Shown: piece by piece, positions 1 to 12,439 of the stretch | Layout: each line of letters begins with the position of its first letter | How positions within the stretch are numbered: the stretch's first letter is position 1 | From: Spirogloea muscicola | Lineage: Eukaryota | NCBI GenBank assembly: GCA_009602725.1 | Contig: WELB01000013.1 | Span: 259,378-323,377 of the forward strand | DNA: 64,000 bases | Direction of reading: 5' to 3' | Notes under the pieces: model-generated | What the model was told of the DNA's origin: nothing | What the model saw: the letters and a program-made list of their open reading frames with translations, nothing else | The model's database searches: none | Position numbers and translations under genes: made by a program

Positions 1-431
1 GGCGGGCTGCGGCAGCAGGCGGCAGCAGGGCTGCGCCTCTCTCTCGCGGGCTTCACTGAGGTTGACCGAGTTACCCGAGTCTGCTCTCAGCCCTCTTGTA
101 GTGCTTCACGTGCCACCCTCCCCAGGGGTCTCTGGGAGGTTCGTCTCAGGGCCCACCTCGGGGAGGCGGGCCCGACAAGGGGAATCTAGTACGTGGCCAG
201 GCCACGCGGCTTCCTTCTGGAAGTGGCGGCCAGTGGCGACCAATGGCGGTCAACGGCGGCCAGCCTGCGGCGCCGCCGAGCGGCGGTGGCGGCGGCGGTG
301 GTGGGGCGGCCTCCTGGCTGAGCGGCCTGGGTGGTATAAGGGATAGGCTATGAACCAAACTAACATTAGTATCGAGGTCCTCAGGGCGCCCTCTACCGGC
401 GGCGACGACGGCGGCGGCGGCGGCGGCGGCA

Positions 432-584
432 ATGCTGTACATCGTCGGGCTGGGGCTCGGCGACGAGCAGGACATCACGCTGAGAGGCCTGGCGGCCGTG
501 CGCCGCTGCCGCCGCGTCGTGCTCGAGGCCTACACCTCCGTCCTCCTCGCTGACAAGTCGCGGCTGGTGCGGCCCTCCGCCACA

Positions 585-616
<32 letters not shown>

Positions 617-2134
617 GGAATGCGAGCCCGCTGTGATCCGGACCGCAGGAGGAGCTGTACGGCGTGGCGGTGGAGGTGGCGGACCGCGAGAAGGTGGAGC
701 AGGGCATCGACGACATCCTCGAGGACGCCCGCGACGCCGACGTCGCCTTCCTCGTCGTCGGCGACCCTTTCGGGTGCGGCCGGCGGCGCCGCAGCCGCCG
801 CCGCCGTGCTTCCACTGCCAGAGCCGCTGCCTGCTCCATGGACCGCAGCTGGGACGGCTGGCATCGCAGTGCCTGCCGTGTCACTTGGGTCCGCCAGGCG
901 ACGCAGTCGAGCAGCCTGTGCGGAGCTCAGCCATGGAGGCCCGTCACCGCTGCGCGCGCGGCAGGGCCACGACGCACGCGGACCTGCTGCTGCGGGCGCG
1001 GGAGCTGGGCGTGGGCGTGCGCGTCGTCCACAACGCCTCCATCCTCACCGCCGCCGGCGTCTGCGGCCTCCAGCTCTACCGCTTCGGCGAGACAGTCTCC
1101 GTGCCCTTCTTCACCGACACCTGGCGGCCCGACAGCTTCTACGACAAGATAAAGCGCAACCGCACCATGGGCCTTCATACGCTATGCCTTCTCGGTGAAG
1201 GCAACAAACCACGATTGGCTTCAACCAGCTTGTGCTCGTTTTCCTTCCCACTTAGCAGCCAGCGGCGCCTGGCCTGTGCCTGCGCGTGGCAATGACGCCT
1301 GTTGTCGCTGGCTGCACAGACATCCAGGTGAAGGAGCCGACGCTTGAGGCACTGTGCAGGTCGAGCCCCGCCCTTTTTGCCATAGCCGTGGGCTGCTGGG
1401 TTGCTGTGGCTGTGAACTTGACGTCATACAAAGGCGCGAACATTCCTGACACGTGCTGCGCACCTGGCGGTGGCGGTGGGGTATGAGGACGCCAGGGGTC
1501 GCAAGGAGTACAAACCCCCACGCTTCATGACTGTGAGCACGGCTGTCGAGCAGCTGCTGGAGATTGAGGGGCGCCGGAATGAGGGTGGTGAGGGCCAGGG
1601 CACATTGACTCTCCTGCACTTCGTTGAGGCTGCCACTGCCATTCTCCACCTTATGATTGAGCTGTGGCCGCTAGGCAGTCTTACCATCCAACATCAGTTC
1701 CTCTTGCGCAGCTACTTGTGAAGGATATTGTGAGCCCAGTGCCCACTGATTGAAGCTAGTATGATTTGTAGCTGTGATCATTGAATGAAGTATACAGTCT
1801 AACTCTTGGACTTACTGCTGGTCACTGATGAGCCCTGGCTTATGTGAAAGTATGAATCAGCTGATCTAAGCCTAAGCCATAATTGCAGTGCTTTGAAACT
1901 GATACTGTGTGTTTACGTCCCCTTGCAGTATGTCGAGAGGAGATGATAGGCGTGGCTCTGGCGAGAGTTGGCACCGACTCGCAGTGCATGGTGGCGGGCA
2001 GCCTGAGGGACCTGCTGGCAGCGGACCTGGGCCCGCCGCTGCACTCGCTAGTGCTGCCGGGCGAGCTGCACGTGATGGAGAGCGAGATGCTCCGGACGCT
2101 TTCCATGCCTGCTCTTGCAGAACCAAACGGCTGA
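432..2134 (+). CDS. DPH5: Diphthine methyl ester synthase, 6 exons (432-566, 649-773, 965-1194, 1320-1359, 1496-1587, 1929-2134)
   Basis: Spliced translation [20 protein letters not shown]...[18 protein letters not shown]...[28 protein letters not shown]...[15 protein letters not shown]...PPRFMTV...[10 protein letters not shown]; all junctions GT-AG and in frame. Confidence 0.96.
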
Positions 2135-2904
2135 TGAGTGTCGCGGGCAGGCGCGGCTATTACGGTCTTCCAGTCAATGCTTGCAGCAGCTGAGGCTCTG
2201 CATTGCATGGCACATGACCAGATTGCTGGACGGCACAGAGGTTGCGACTCAGGAGGAGGGAGGTGAGCGCCGCAGGGGCACTGCATGGGGATCGTGCGCT
2301 GAGCGTGCTGCTTGCGCTTTCACATCTGCTCTTCACTACACCCGTGACCTTATGGCGCGAGTGAAAAGCTCCGAGGCCCGAAAGCGCCGCTGGAAAAGCT
2401 GCCGGCGGCCTCTGCTGCTGCTGAATGGCAAGCCCTACATCCACGGCTGCCCTCAAGCCCTGACCTCCTCAGAGCACAACGCCACAAGGCCGAAGCCCTT
2501 GGCCCGTCCTCACATCTTCCTGGGGTTCATTGCCGTTTCTGGGCTGGCCAACTCACAACCATCGCCCTCTACTGGAGAATCTTTCTTCTCCTGGAAGAGT
2601 CGTCTGTCCTGGGGCATGCAGGTCGGTCCGTGGTCATTGTGAAAGTCCGTCTGTGGTCAGATTCGTGAGAGGCCGAGAACAAAGCATCGGCGAGAAGCAT
2701 CGAGGAAGCAGCGCTGGTGTGCTCGGGATAACCGCGGGCCCCTGGCAGCGGCTGCGGTTAGCCTGCGCCACATCCTCGTGGCCACTCGAGCCCGCCCGCC
2801 CCCACCCCGACCGCCGCCGCCGCCGTGTCGCCGCCGCCGCGGGTTGTGGCGGGTTTTACGGCGGCCTCTCGCGGCGGCGCGGCGCGCGGGNNNNNNNNNN
2901 NNNN

Positions 2905-3239
2905 GCTCCCGCGGTGGCGGCGACGGCAGCGACCGCGGCGGCGCCTGCTGGACTGAGCGGCCCGGCGGCTGGCAGCAGTCCCCGCGCGGCGGCAGTGGCC
3001 TTCTCGCCCGTCCATGCGTGTTGGAGCAGGGGGCTCGGCGCCAGGTCGCCGCCGCCGCTGGCGGCGGTGCTGCGCAGCTCGTTGGCCGGGCAGCAGCTCC
3101 CCGTGGCGGCGGCGGCGGCGGCGGCGGCGTGGTCGCGGCATGGCGCAAGGCGGAGCTTGCCGCCTGTATGCGCCGGCGGCAGTGCTGTGGGCGACGTGAG
3201 CGAGACGACGTTTGAGGACGACGTGCTGGGAGCGGACCG

Positions 3240-3275
<36 letters not shown>

Positions 3276-3326
3276 GCCGTGCAAGCTCATCAGCCCCATC
3301 ATGGACTGGGCCGCCCAGGTGCGCCC

Positions 3327-3360
<34 letters not shown>

Positions 3361-3950
3361 TTGCTGCGGTGACTTGCTGCCGTTGCTGCGCGTGGCGGCA
3401 GGAGGATGGGGTAGCTTCAGCCGAGTAGGGGGCCCCAGGGGGTAGAGGGGCGGGGGGGAGGGTTTTGGGGGAAGAGGAGAGGTATGGTGTGGGAGGCCAT
3501 CGCTGCTGTCAGCTGGCGAAGGCCAACGACCACTGCTGCCGGCCTCAGGCCTCCTCGTCCTGCCTCTAGCGTGACCACGGCTTTGCTGAAATTGCTGAAA
3601 GCCCAGCTGAGCAGTGTGCCCTTGCTACCGCGGGCTTACCAGCCTCGGTAGCTCGTCAAGTGGGAACGACGTGGCAGCTCAGACTGTGCTAGCTGACTGC
3701 CATGCACGCTGCCGGCGGCGGCTGCGGTTGTAACCTTATGCAGGAGTACGGTGACCGCCTGAAGGTGGTGAAGGTGGAGACGGATCCCAACCCGAAGCTC
3801 GTGGAGAAGTACAAGGTGTACGGCCTCCCCACGCTCATCCTCTTCGACAAAGGCGCGCCCGTGCCCGGGGCGCGCTCTGAGGGCGCCGTCACGAAGGCCA
3901 AGCTGCGGCAATTGCTCGATGACAAGCTCCCAGCGCTGGCGCAGGCGTAG
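2905..3950 (+). CDS. TRX-x: Plastid thioredoxin x; 2 visible exons (to 3318, 3744-3950); start codon probably in or near gap 2891-2904
   Basis: [60 protein letters not shown]...EGAVTKAKL matches x-type TRX; Ala/Ser/Arg-rich transit-peptide-like N-terminus. Confidence 0.9.
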
Positions 3951-4869
3951 CTCGCTCCTGCCGCTGTGCACTCAATGATAGCCCCCAACGAGCGTGTTGG
4001 ATTGCAGTACCTCTAGCCTCCCGTTATGTTGTCAAGGCAGCCTCACAGCTATATATTGATTTGCTTTTTCTTGAGGTCGATGACGACTGCGAGCAGAATA
4101 ACTGCGCACCCACTACATGAGGAGTGTTTGGCAAAGCCCCCAGTGGAAGGCATAGGGCAGATAGATGGTCATGGGCAGAGCTTCATGGTGTTGGCAGGCC
4201 GAGGCGCTGCATGGTGCGGCTTGGCAGTTCCAGCTGCTTGGAGATTAGCATGAGCAGCAAGGTCGTCTGCACTTTTGAATGTGCATGGCACAGTGGTCAG
4301 TGAGCTTGTGCTACTCTTGTTTCGCACCTTCTCTCTCGTTTCGACCAGGTTTGGTACTATCGTCATCGGGCCCCTTGGGGGCGGCTTAGGCTGCTGGGCA
4401 GCAGTTGGAGAGTGGAGATACCTTGGCCTCACCTCCAGATTCCACAATCCTGTTAGATGGAAGTTCTTATATGCCTCAAACATATGGAGCCGCATAGCCA
4501 CGAGCTTGTGAGCGCTTATGGCGCCGGTCTCAAGCAGAACACACGGGCCACAACGCTGTGATTGGTCTTTCATGACACGCAGGCTTTCTGGCAACTAGTC
4601 AGGACGAGCACAGCAGGAAGTAACCGTGATCGGCAGACCCCTAAAGAAACGGGAACACAGGCAAGTGTTGAAGCAATTGTGGACAAAGCGAGGGTCCGGT
4701 CGCCGGTGGCACAGCGAGCGTGTTCTTCCCTGAGGGGCCGATAAGCTGTCGGAGGCCAGCCTAACACCAGCGTAACACCAGGTTACGGTGGCGCAGCTGA
4801 ACTTCTAATACAACAATCGGCAACAGCCCTGACTGCCAAGTCCGGCTTCACGGCAGCCATCGTGCGGCA

Positions 4870-7800
4870 ATGGCCGCCGCCGCCGCCGCCGCCGCCGCCG
4901 GGGTGGCCGCGGCGCAGCTTCGAGACGGCTCGGCCGCCGGGCCTGGCCGCAGGTCGGCCGCCGACGCGGCTGCGCCGTCGACGTCCTCCGGCGGGCGGTG
5001 CCCCCTGGTGAGGCTCTGCAGCGCCGCCCTCCGCCGCCAACGCGCCTCTGCGGGGAGGGCCTTGTCGGCGCGCGGGACAACGCGCGGCCGGCGTAGATTG
5101 CGTTTAGCTTTGCACACGCCGTCGACGGCCTCGACGCGCGGCGGCTTATTGTTGGAGATGGCGAGGTCTAGAGGCACAGGCGTGCGCTCATACTATCGAA
5201 TCGCCGCCTCGCCTGCTCGCTCGCAGCTGGCCGGGAGCCGCCTTCTCTGGAGAATCCACGCCCCGCGCGCCAGGGCCGCGAGATGGCCGGCCCGGCAGCC
5301 CGCCTGCGGCGAGGTCAGGCCCGCCCTCCCGCCTCACGTGCTGATGACCAGACAGGGCTTATAACCTGCCAAGTCGGGCTGCATCCTCTTATGCCGGCGA
5401 TCGCGAGCCACAGCTGCAGTGAGCGTCTTCATGGACCTGCGATAGTTGTATATGAGTCCTACTTTTCCGCGAGTCCTACTTTTCCGCTATCATTGGATCA
5501 CAGAGAGTGCAAGCAAGCATTGTTGTGTGCGTCGTTCAGGCCTCCTCTCTCGCGGCACCATCCAACGACGACGACGACGATGAGGATATCTGGCTTCGCC
5601 TGGACCTCTTTGAGAGGTGAGGTGCTTCCCGTTGGCAGCCGTGGTGATCACCCCATCATGACCGCCACGAAAAAGCTGGTGTGGCGCTTTAGTTGAGGTG
5701 GCTATCACCAACAGTCAGGAAGTCCATCAGATGTCTAACTCCACTGCGCTTGCAGGCAGTTGAGTGTGGCCATCATGGAAGAGCGCTTTGGCGAAGCTGC
5801 CAGGTCCAAGCCTCTCTTTGACACTTTGCAGCAGGTGCCGATGCAGTTATCAGACACAGTCGGTTGCAGCACTTTAGACAGTCACAGAGATGCCTTACTT
5901 CGCTGTAGCTGTTGTGGTATGGCATGGCATTCCGACTTTACTGTTTCGTATTGGTGTGGTCAGTCTAAGGATTTCCAGAACAGCCTTATCGAAGTACATC
6001 TTCTTTTTGCAGATTGAGGGATGAGTTGAAAGGCTTGAGGAGCCGTCTTAAGCCTGTAGCGCAGGTACTGCCTTGAGGTTCATACTCATTGCCTTCTCAT
6101 GTCCTGGCACAGCATTCCGTGATTGTATTATTGTCTTAAGGTTCTTTGATGTCCATGAAATTGACCTGAACTCCAAGCTTGCAGAGCACTTTTGCTGCCC
6201 CTTGTTTCAAAACTGTCCCAATGATCTTTAAGTTCGTCCTAAAGTCAGGAGGTTTGGTCAGATCTTTTCACTGCTGACGAGTTCAGGGTGGACTGCAACA
6301 GTTTTTGCACTCCAAGATAGACCTCCTCAAAGTTGGAACGGCTTCTGAAAAGCGAGATGCTCTTGAGGTCAGACCACATGCCCTTTTGCACATCTTAGGG
6401 CTGATTGCTGACTTGGATAAGCCGTCATGATTGCTTTTGCTCACTCTGCTGTCAATGTAGTGACTACAAGCAAGCCAAACACAGTCTTTGCTACTAGGTG
6501 GTAGTCACAAGCTGATTCCAGTGCTGTGACAAAGTACATCATCTCTGCAGACTCTTGGCAGGATTGGAGGATTCCAGGTTGTGCCGTACATTGTAACTGC
6601 TCTTGATGACAGCAACCCTGCAATCTGTCAGTGTGCTGAAATGGTACAAGCCTCATACCTGCGCAATTGAGATTGCCTCGCTGCCTGATGGAGCCGTGAA
6701 TAATAGGCCCAGAGTTCAGATACATCAAGGCCATTCACAGAGCACATCTGGATCTATCAATTGCTGTCTGATTGTGTGCTCTATAGGGAATACATATTAG
6801 TGACATGATGGAGCACTCAAGATGGCAGTCTGGAACTTATGCTACAGGCTCTTTGGAGCATCTTCCTGCGTTCAGGTCAAGCTGAAGTTGACCAGAGATT
6901 GCAGGTACGTCGGCAAAATACAGGATTTGGTACATTTCACTGGTCCTAGATGCGCTCTCAGCAAAGTTCGCCAAAGTATTTTCAAGTGTCTCCTCTTGAG
7001 TGTGCAACCTTTGTGATCATTCTAATATGCTATGCAAGATCTACACGCATGTCCAATGTCACCAAAGCCACAAGGCTTGCGTGCAAGTGACTGTCCTGAC
7101 TGACTGACTGACTGACTGACTGACTGACCGCCCTGCCCTCTCCTTTTACCTTGTAAGGACTTTGTTTTTGGCACATTAAGGCCGCAACCTGTGTTTCCTC
7201 TTGACGGCAATGTTACCTGGTGGCCCCAGGATGGTGTAGCTTTGATGGTGACCCGGTCGAGCTTAGGTCAGGCACGAGATGTGTTCTCAGAGGTGACAGC
7301 CGGCTGCTGTGGAATGCTCATGCCTGTTTGAGATGATGCTCTTCATGTCATTTGATTCTGGTCTAAGGCTTGATGAATTGGAGTTTCTGGCAGCCTAAGT
7401 TGTCTGCCTTCCTGTGGACTTGCAGGTCATCAAGATGGCCCCATCATATGCAGAAGCCTATAACAAGCGAGCCACCACTCTGTACCTCATGCAGGTCCGC
7501 AGAATGTGCAGTGCATTAGCATTGAATCATGTTGGCACGTCATGCCCTGTGCACCTGATTGCTGGAGAGGGCGGCTGGCTTTTTGGGGGCCCATTCTTGA
7601 GCAGGTTGTGCATGCAGGACTTTGAAGCCTCTATTGAGGATTGCAAGCGGACGGTAGAGCTGAATCCATACCACTTTGGGGCCCTCAGTGGTGTGTATCG
7701 AGCAACCTGTATTGTGCAGAACATGTAGTGTACTTGACATCAGCACGACCTTGAGATGAGCAATTTCCTGCAGTATCAGGGGGAGATCTGGCAGATCAGG

Positions 7801-8265
7801 CAGATTCTGGTGTTCTCGCACTTATGTTGCCACTTGGTTAGATGCTCGGAGCACCTGTCTGAGCGATCTGGGCCTCAGCGTTCTATCCTGTATCATGCAG
7901 GCCTGGGACTTTGTCATGTTGCACTCAAAGACCTCCCCTCTGCTTTAAGAGCCTTTGAGCAAGCGCTGGCTATTCACCCTCGAATGGAGCAGGTTCACTC
8001 TCTTTCAAGTGCTGCATGTCAGAAATAGTGCCCAATTAGAGAGTCCTGGTCGGTGGCAAGTTGCCCATCTTGCAATGTGTACGCCTGCCATTCATGTTTG
8101 TCTATAGCTCGCAGATTTCACTAATGGGCGCTAGTGATTGTGATTGCTGGGTCAACTGCTGATGATGCTGCAGCTGATGTTATGCAGATTGGACGATATG
8201 TGGAGGCACTGAGAGTGGTAAGCAATGTATCGTCCTTCCATATTGGACTTGACAGCTCCTTATGA
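4870..8265 (+). CDS. Putative plastid protein with UVR (UvrB/C) motif, HEAT repeat and TPR repeats; exons 4870-5007 (alternative first exon 5158-5313), 5504-5616, 5756-5803, 6013-6064, 6302-6367, 6551-6643, 6848-6904, 7230-7292, 7426-7494, 7618-7690, 7901-7992, 8188-8265
   Basis: Manual GT-AG splicing gives one frame: QLSVAIMEERFGEAARLRDEL (UVR), TLGRIGGFQVVPYIVTALDDSNPAICQCAEMALWSIFLRSG (HEAT-like), APSYAEAYNKRATTLYLMQDFEASIEDCKRTVELNPYHFGALSGLGLCHVALKDLPSALRAFEQALAIHP (TPR). First and last exons less certain. Confidence 0.8.
7096..7127 (+). repeat. (CTGA)n tetranucleotide microsatellite in an intron
   Basis: About 8 perfect units read directly. Confidence 0.9.
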
Positions 8266-8767
8266 ATATGCGCCCGAGTGTTGCAGAAAATATTGCCGAA
8301 AACTGCAGCATCCTACAACGGCAACTGAGAGTGTTGTGCTTATGCTTTTCCATTGTGTCCCCTTCTCAAGGGGACGTGTCTTGGAACTAACACTTCAAAA
8401 CTACTCCGGTTCTACAGACAATATCCCGGCAATCATCGGAAGGCTTGGATTGAACCATCTGATACTGCCTTCTGACTTGTGATCACTCGTGCAAGACAGC
8501 ATCAGATACCGGAGCCACGAATAGATCCTGGAGCCCACGGTCTGCTTAGTGAGTTGGAGAGGCATGGTGATGACGTGCCTAATTTGGCATGCTAACAGCT
8601 GCATGACTTTGTCGAAGGGTCATCAGTGCTCGCTCCTGTAAGACAAAGCTAGCCATAAATTATTGATATGTAATGAGAACCCAACGGCGAGCTTGTGGTT
8701 TTTCAAGATGCTGACACCAATATTCTTATTCCAGGATTTATGCAAAATCCTCCTGGACCAACCATGC

Positions 8768-11743
8768 TCATGGGTTCTTTGTCCACCAAGCGGGGCCGGC
8801 CTCAAATGTAGATGGCTCCCCATCCCAGGACACACGCCAGGCTTGCAGGCCTATGGCTCCCTCGGGCTCAGTCACGCGTTTGGGGCCACCAGCGTTCGAG
8901 GCAGCTTGCAAGGTGACCTCATTGAATGTCTGACTCCTGGCACTGACGCTACCCCTCCCGCTCTCCACTGCCGCCTCTGTGTCACCTCTCGCACTTTCAA
9001 TGACCTGGTCAGAAGGGACAGCCACAACCCTGGCGGTGATGTAGTCGGTGTTGGCCACTGAGGCTACAGGTGGAGGGGGCTGTGCATAAAGCGTGTCTCC
9101 CACCAGGGGCGCCCCGCACGCTGCAAGTTGAGCTCGTATCTGCAGACACCAAGTGGTTTGTATAAGACGCAAAATACTGCCACGGCAATGACTGGCACCA
9201 GAGGCCAGCTAATGAATTTGATGGGCAGATTGTGACAGGGTGAATATTGGGATAGCCAGAGCGCACCAGAAAATATGGCCATGATTTGGTTTTGTCATAC
9301 CCAGAACCTAAGAAGTAATCAGATGGCCATATGCATACACATACACATCAAGGCATCCGTGTCCGGCAGGGGACCTGATGCGTGCGTCCAGTCACAAGCC
9401 GTACGACACACTCAAAAGCCTGGCGTTGCGACCCCGCTGCATCGCTGCTGCAGCTGGTGATGCCAGCGTGCTGCAGGGTCTGCACGGAGGGCCATGGAAC
9501 TGCTCTGCACGCCATCACCTCCAGCTGGCACCGCAGCCAGCCCTCCGATGATTCTGCGAAGCATGTACTCAACTCAGTTGCAGATATGCTTCCAATGACT
9601 ACCTAGTGATTAACAACACTGCAGTGGGAGCAGCATTGACTTGGAGGCTGGAATGGGTCAAGACCACTGCCCCTTCTGCTGAGACTGGACTCACCCATGA
9701 GAATTGACGCACTAACCATGCTGGAGCGAAGCAGACGGCAATCAATCAGCAGCAGAACACAACTCAGCAAATGGCAATGTTGGCTGCACGACGAAGTACG
9801 TAGATGGCACATGCACGTGCCCTTTTTGGATGCATGATGTTGCTTGCACGCAGCAAGAGCAGGCCGTACCGGCAGACACAACCCGGGGAGGATACCGAGC
9901 AGGCCGCATAAAGTGGACATGGCAGCCCGTGGCGACGGGCACGGCGACCAGGACCTTGTACAGCTTCCGCACCCTCCGGTCCTGCACCCCATTGTGACAA
10001 ATGCAAGTCAGCTCTTTGACTTTGTCAAGAGGCAGCAGCGTCAGTTGATACGGCGCTCCCTCTCAACCAACATTGGTACCATAACACATCTGGATTTCAA
10101 AGATAACCCTACCAGTCAGCCAACCTAAGCACTCCTAAGACCATATCCTGACCACATTGTTGGTGGACATGAGGCCTCTCCATGCTCAGGCGCACCTGGA
10201 GGAGGATGTTGAATTTGCTGACAAATGCCTTGGTCTTGGCCATGACAACGCTGCAATCACCGACAACGCAGGCAAAGAGTGCCAAGGTCAGTAAGGGCCT
10301 GTAAACATGGGGGAACAAGGCCTGCTGGCTAACCCAGCTTCTTTGGCAAGGGTGAGGCAAGTCAGCTGACAAAGCCGCAAGGAACTGGAATAGCAGTACC
10401 AGCCCTCGGTGCACGTGTCGAGCTGGTGCGTCACGCGGAGCGGGGCTCTGAGGCCCAGCTCCCGGGCGGCCATTGCCGCGCACGTCTCGAGCACGTTGTC
10501 TACCGTGCCCGCCACCTGCTCTGCCACATCACGATTTGGGCACCCCACCCAATCAGGATCAGACTCACGTCTATGAAGCACTACAGGGGTAAGTGCATGA
10601 GTGCAAAAGTCACAATTTCCTGCGTAACAAAAGTCAGAATGCAGAATGCAGACATGAGGTACTAGAAGAACCCCGCACCAAGGTGTTCCTCACTACGTGG
10701 CAAGAGTCAAGGTTTGGGGCTGACTGGCGATCGAGTTTGACAACTCCAGGAATAAGCTGTCTTGATCAGACCTCCAGCAGGGGCAGGTGCAGTACAGCGA
10801 CCAGAGAAGCTTCCGAGGACTCACGGATACGCCAGCAGGCTTGTCAACGACCACATAGTCGGGGCCGTCCATGACGATGCGCGCCGCCCAGTCCACGGAG
10901 CCGCACCTTCCTAGGAAGAAGGCGGGCATCACCAGTCAGCCCGCATGAGGTTCCACAGCAGAGGTTCCCACTTGCACCACCTCCACCTAAATCCTGAACC
11001 CCTTAAACCCTAATCCCGAAACCCTAACCCTAGCCCTAACTCTGACCCTAAAGTGCGACCACAGTGTGGCAGTAAAGGGCTGCACCTGGGGAAGCGCTTG
11101 GGGTGGACATGGACGCGGAGGTAGCTGCCGGCCCGGAGCCACTGGTTGGGGTCCTCGACGCGGCGGGGCCGCTTGGCGGCGCGCAGCTCCGGGCCGGCCA
11201 GCGGCGCCGCCGTNNNNNNNNNNNNNNNNNNNNNNNNNNNNNNNNNNNNNNNNNNNNNNNNNNNNNNNNNNNNNNNNNNNNNNNNNNNNNNNNNNNNNNN
11301 NNNNNNNNNNNNNNNNNNNNNNNNNNNNNNNNNNNNNNNNNNNNNNNNNNNNNNNNNNNNNNNNNNNNNNNNNNNNNNNNNNNNNNNNNNNNNNNNNNNN
11401 NNNNNNNNNNNNNNNNNNNNNNNNNNNNNNNNNNNNNNNNNNNNNNNNNNNNNNNNNNNNNNNNNNNNNNNNNNNNNNNNNNNNNNNNNNNNNNNNNNNN
11501 NNNNNNNNNNNNNNNNNNNNNNNNNNNNNNNNNNNNNNNNNNNNNNNNNNNNNNNNNNNNNNNNNNNNNNNNNNNNNNNNNNNNNNNNNNNNNNNNNNNN
11601 NNNNNNNNNNNNNNNNNNNNNNNNNNNNNNNNNNNNNNNNNNNNNNNNNNNNNNNNNNNNNNNNNNNNNNNNNNNNNNNNNNNNNNNNNNNNNNNNGCCG
11701 CCGCCGGCAGTCGGCACGGGGCGCGCAGCGCCGCCGCAGCCAT
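8768..11743 (-). CDS. RluA-family RNA pseudouridine synthase, plastid type (like plant RNA pseudouridine synthase 6); 5' part interrupted by gap 11214-11696
   Basis: Exons YLRVHVHPKRFPR|C...YVVVDKPAGVS|VAGTVDNVLE...VTHQLDTCTEGC|VVMAKT...|VRKLYKVL...|RLVTGRTHQ|IRAQLAACGAPLVGDTLY...IGLQAWRVSW...AGPAWW. Confidence 0.9.
10985..11052 (+). repeat. Degenerate telomere-like (CCCTAAA) tract / telo-box in a pseudouridine synthase intron
   Basis: aaaccctaatcccgaaaccctaaccctagccctaactctgaccctaaa. Confidence 0.8.
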
Positions 11744-12439
11744 GGCGGCGGCGGCGGCCGAGCCGCTCGTGTCGACCGTCGTTACGCTTCGACTGCTCTG
11801 ACCACCAAGAGAAGGCGCGCGGTGCGCATGAAATTGAAAGAGAGGCCAATTCTAGCCTTACAAATGTTCTGTTAACCGGGTAATGAGCTGGCTAAGAAGC
11901 AAGCGCGGCCAGATTAACTGGTGGCTGGGAGAGGCCAGCCCAAAAGAATGGACAAGGTAAGGGGGACACTAATATCCCCGAAAACCACCTCGTCTATCCC
12001 GTTAATTCTTGTCAGCACCAAGTCAAATCACCATGTGGAACTTGCAATACTTGTGTTATCGAGAGATAGGGCGCGCAGTGCGCATGAACTTTGAAAGAAG
12101 AAGTGGCTCTCCCAACTTTGAAAGGGAGGCCAATACTAGCCTTACAAATGTCGCGGAAATGAGCTGGCTAAGGGGGACACTAACATAAGACCAGACCACC
12201 ACCACGGAAGCCATTCGCCTGGCCTAATGCACGCCCAGCACGCTGGTGTATCGCGAGTGCCTGGGAGCGCTGTATCAAGAGAAAGCGTGGAACATCCTCA
12301 CATCGGCTAAGCCGTGTTGAGACTGACTTCACAATACTCTGTTTGAGTGCACGAAGGTTTTCGAGCAGAGCTCATCTTAGGAGCGCAAGCTGGAGTCCAA
12401 GCACAGAAGAAAGTAAGCTCTTTCAAGAGGCGGGGGCTG

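Noticed and set aside
350..553. Out-of-frame ORF overlapping the DPH5 start (possible overlapping uORF)
   Set aside because: Its ATG lies only about 15 nt after a TATA-like tataag, so it is probably upstream of the TSS; no supporting features
1825..1864. CTGATGA...GAAA...CTGA in a DPH5 intron (C/D snoRNA or hammerhead candidate)
   Set aside because: Box C lacks the purine, the span is too short, and no terminal or hammerhead stems form
2452..2510. Minus-strand GRAKGFGLVALCSEE resembling an RRM RNP1 motif
   Set aside because: Bracketed by in-frame stops, no RNP2, and adjacent sequence resembles a decayed retroelement 3' UTR
4169..4594. 141-aa minus-strand ORF between TRX x and the TPR gene
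   Set aside because: No recognisable motif, and I could not build a consistent spliced model
10405..10435. HQLD instead of canonical HRLD in the pseudouridine synthase active site
   Set aside because: The catalytic Asp is present, and HQxD is as I recall normal for this plant plastid subfamily
11899..11957. Identical 55-bp repeats as a possible CRISPR-like array or MITE
   Set aside because: Dispersed, no regular spacers, no terminal inverted repeats; polarity, tail and variable TSD fit a retroelement 3' end
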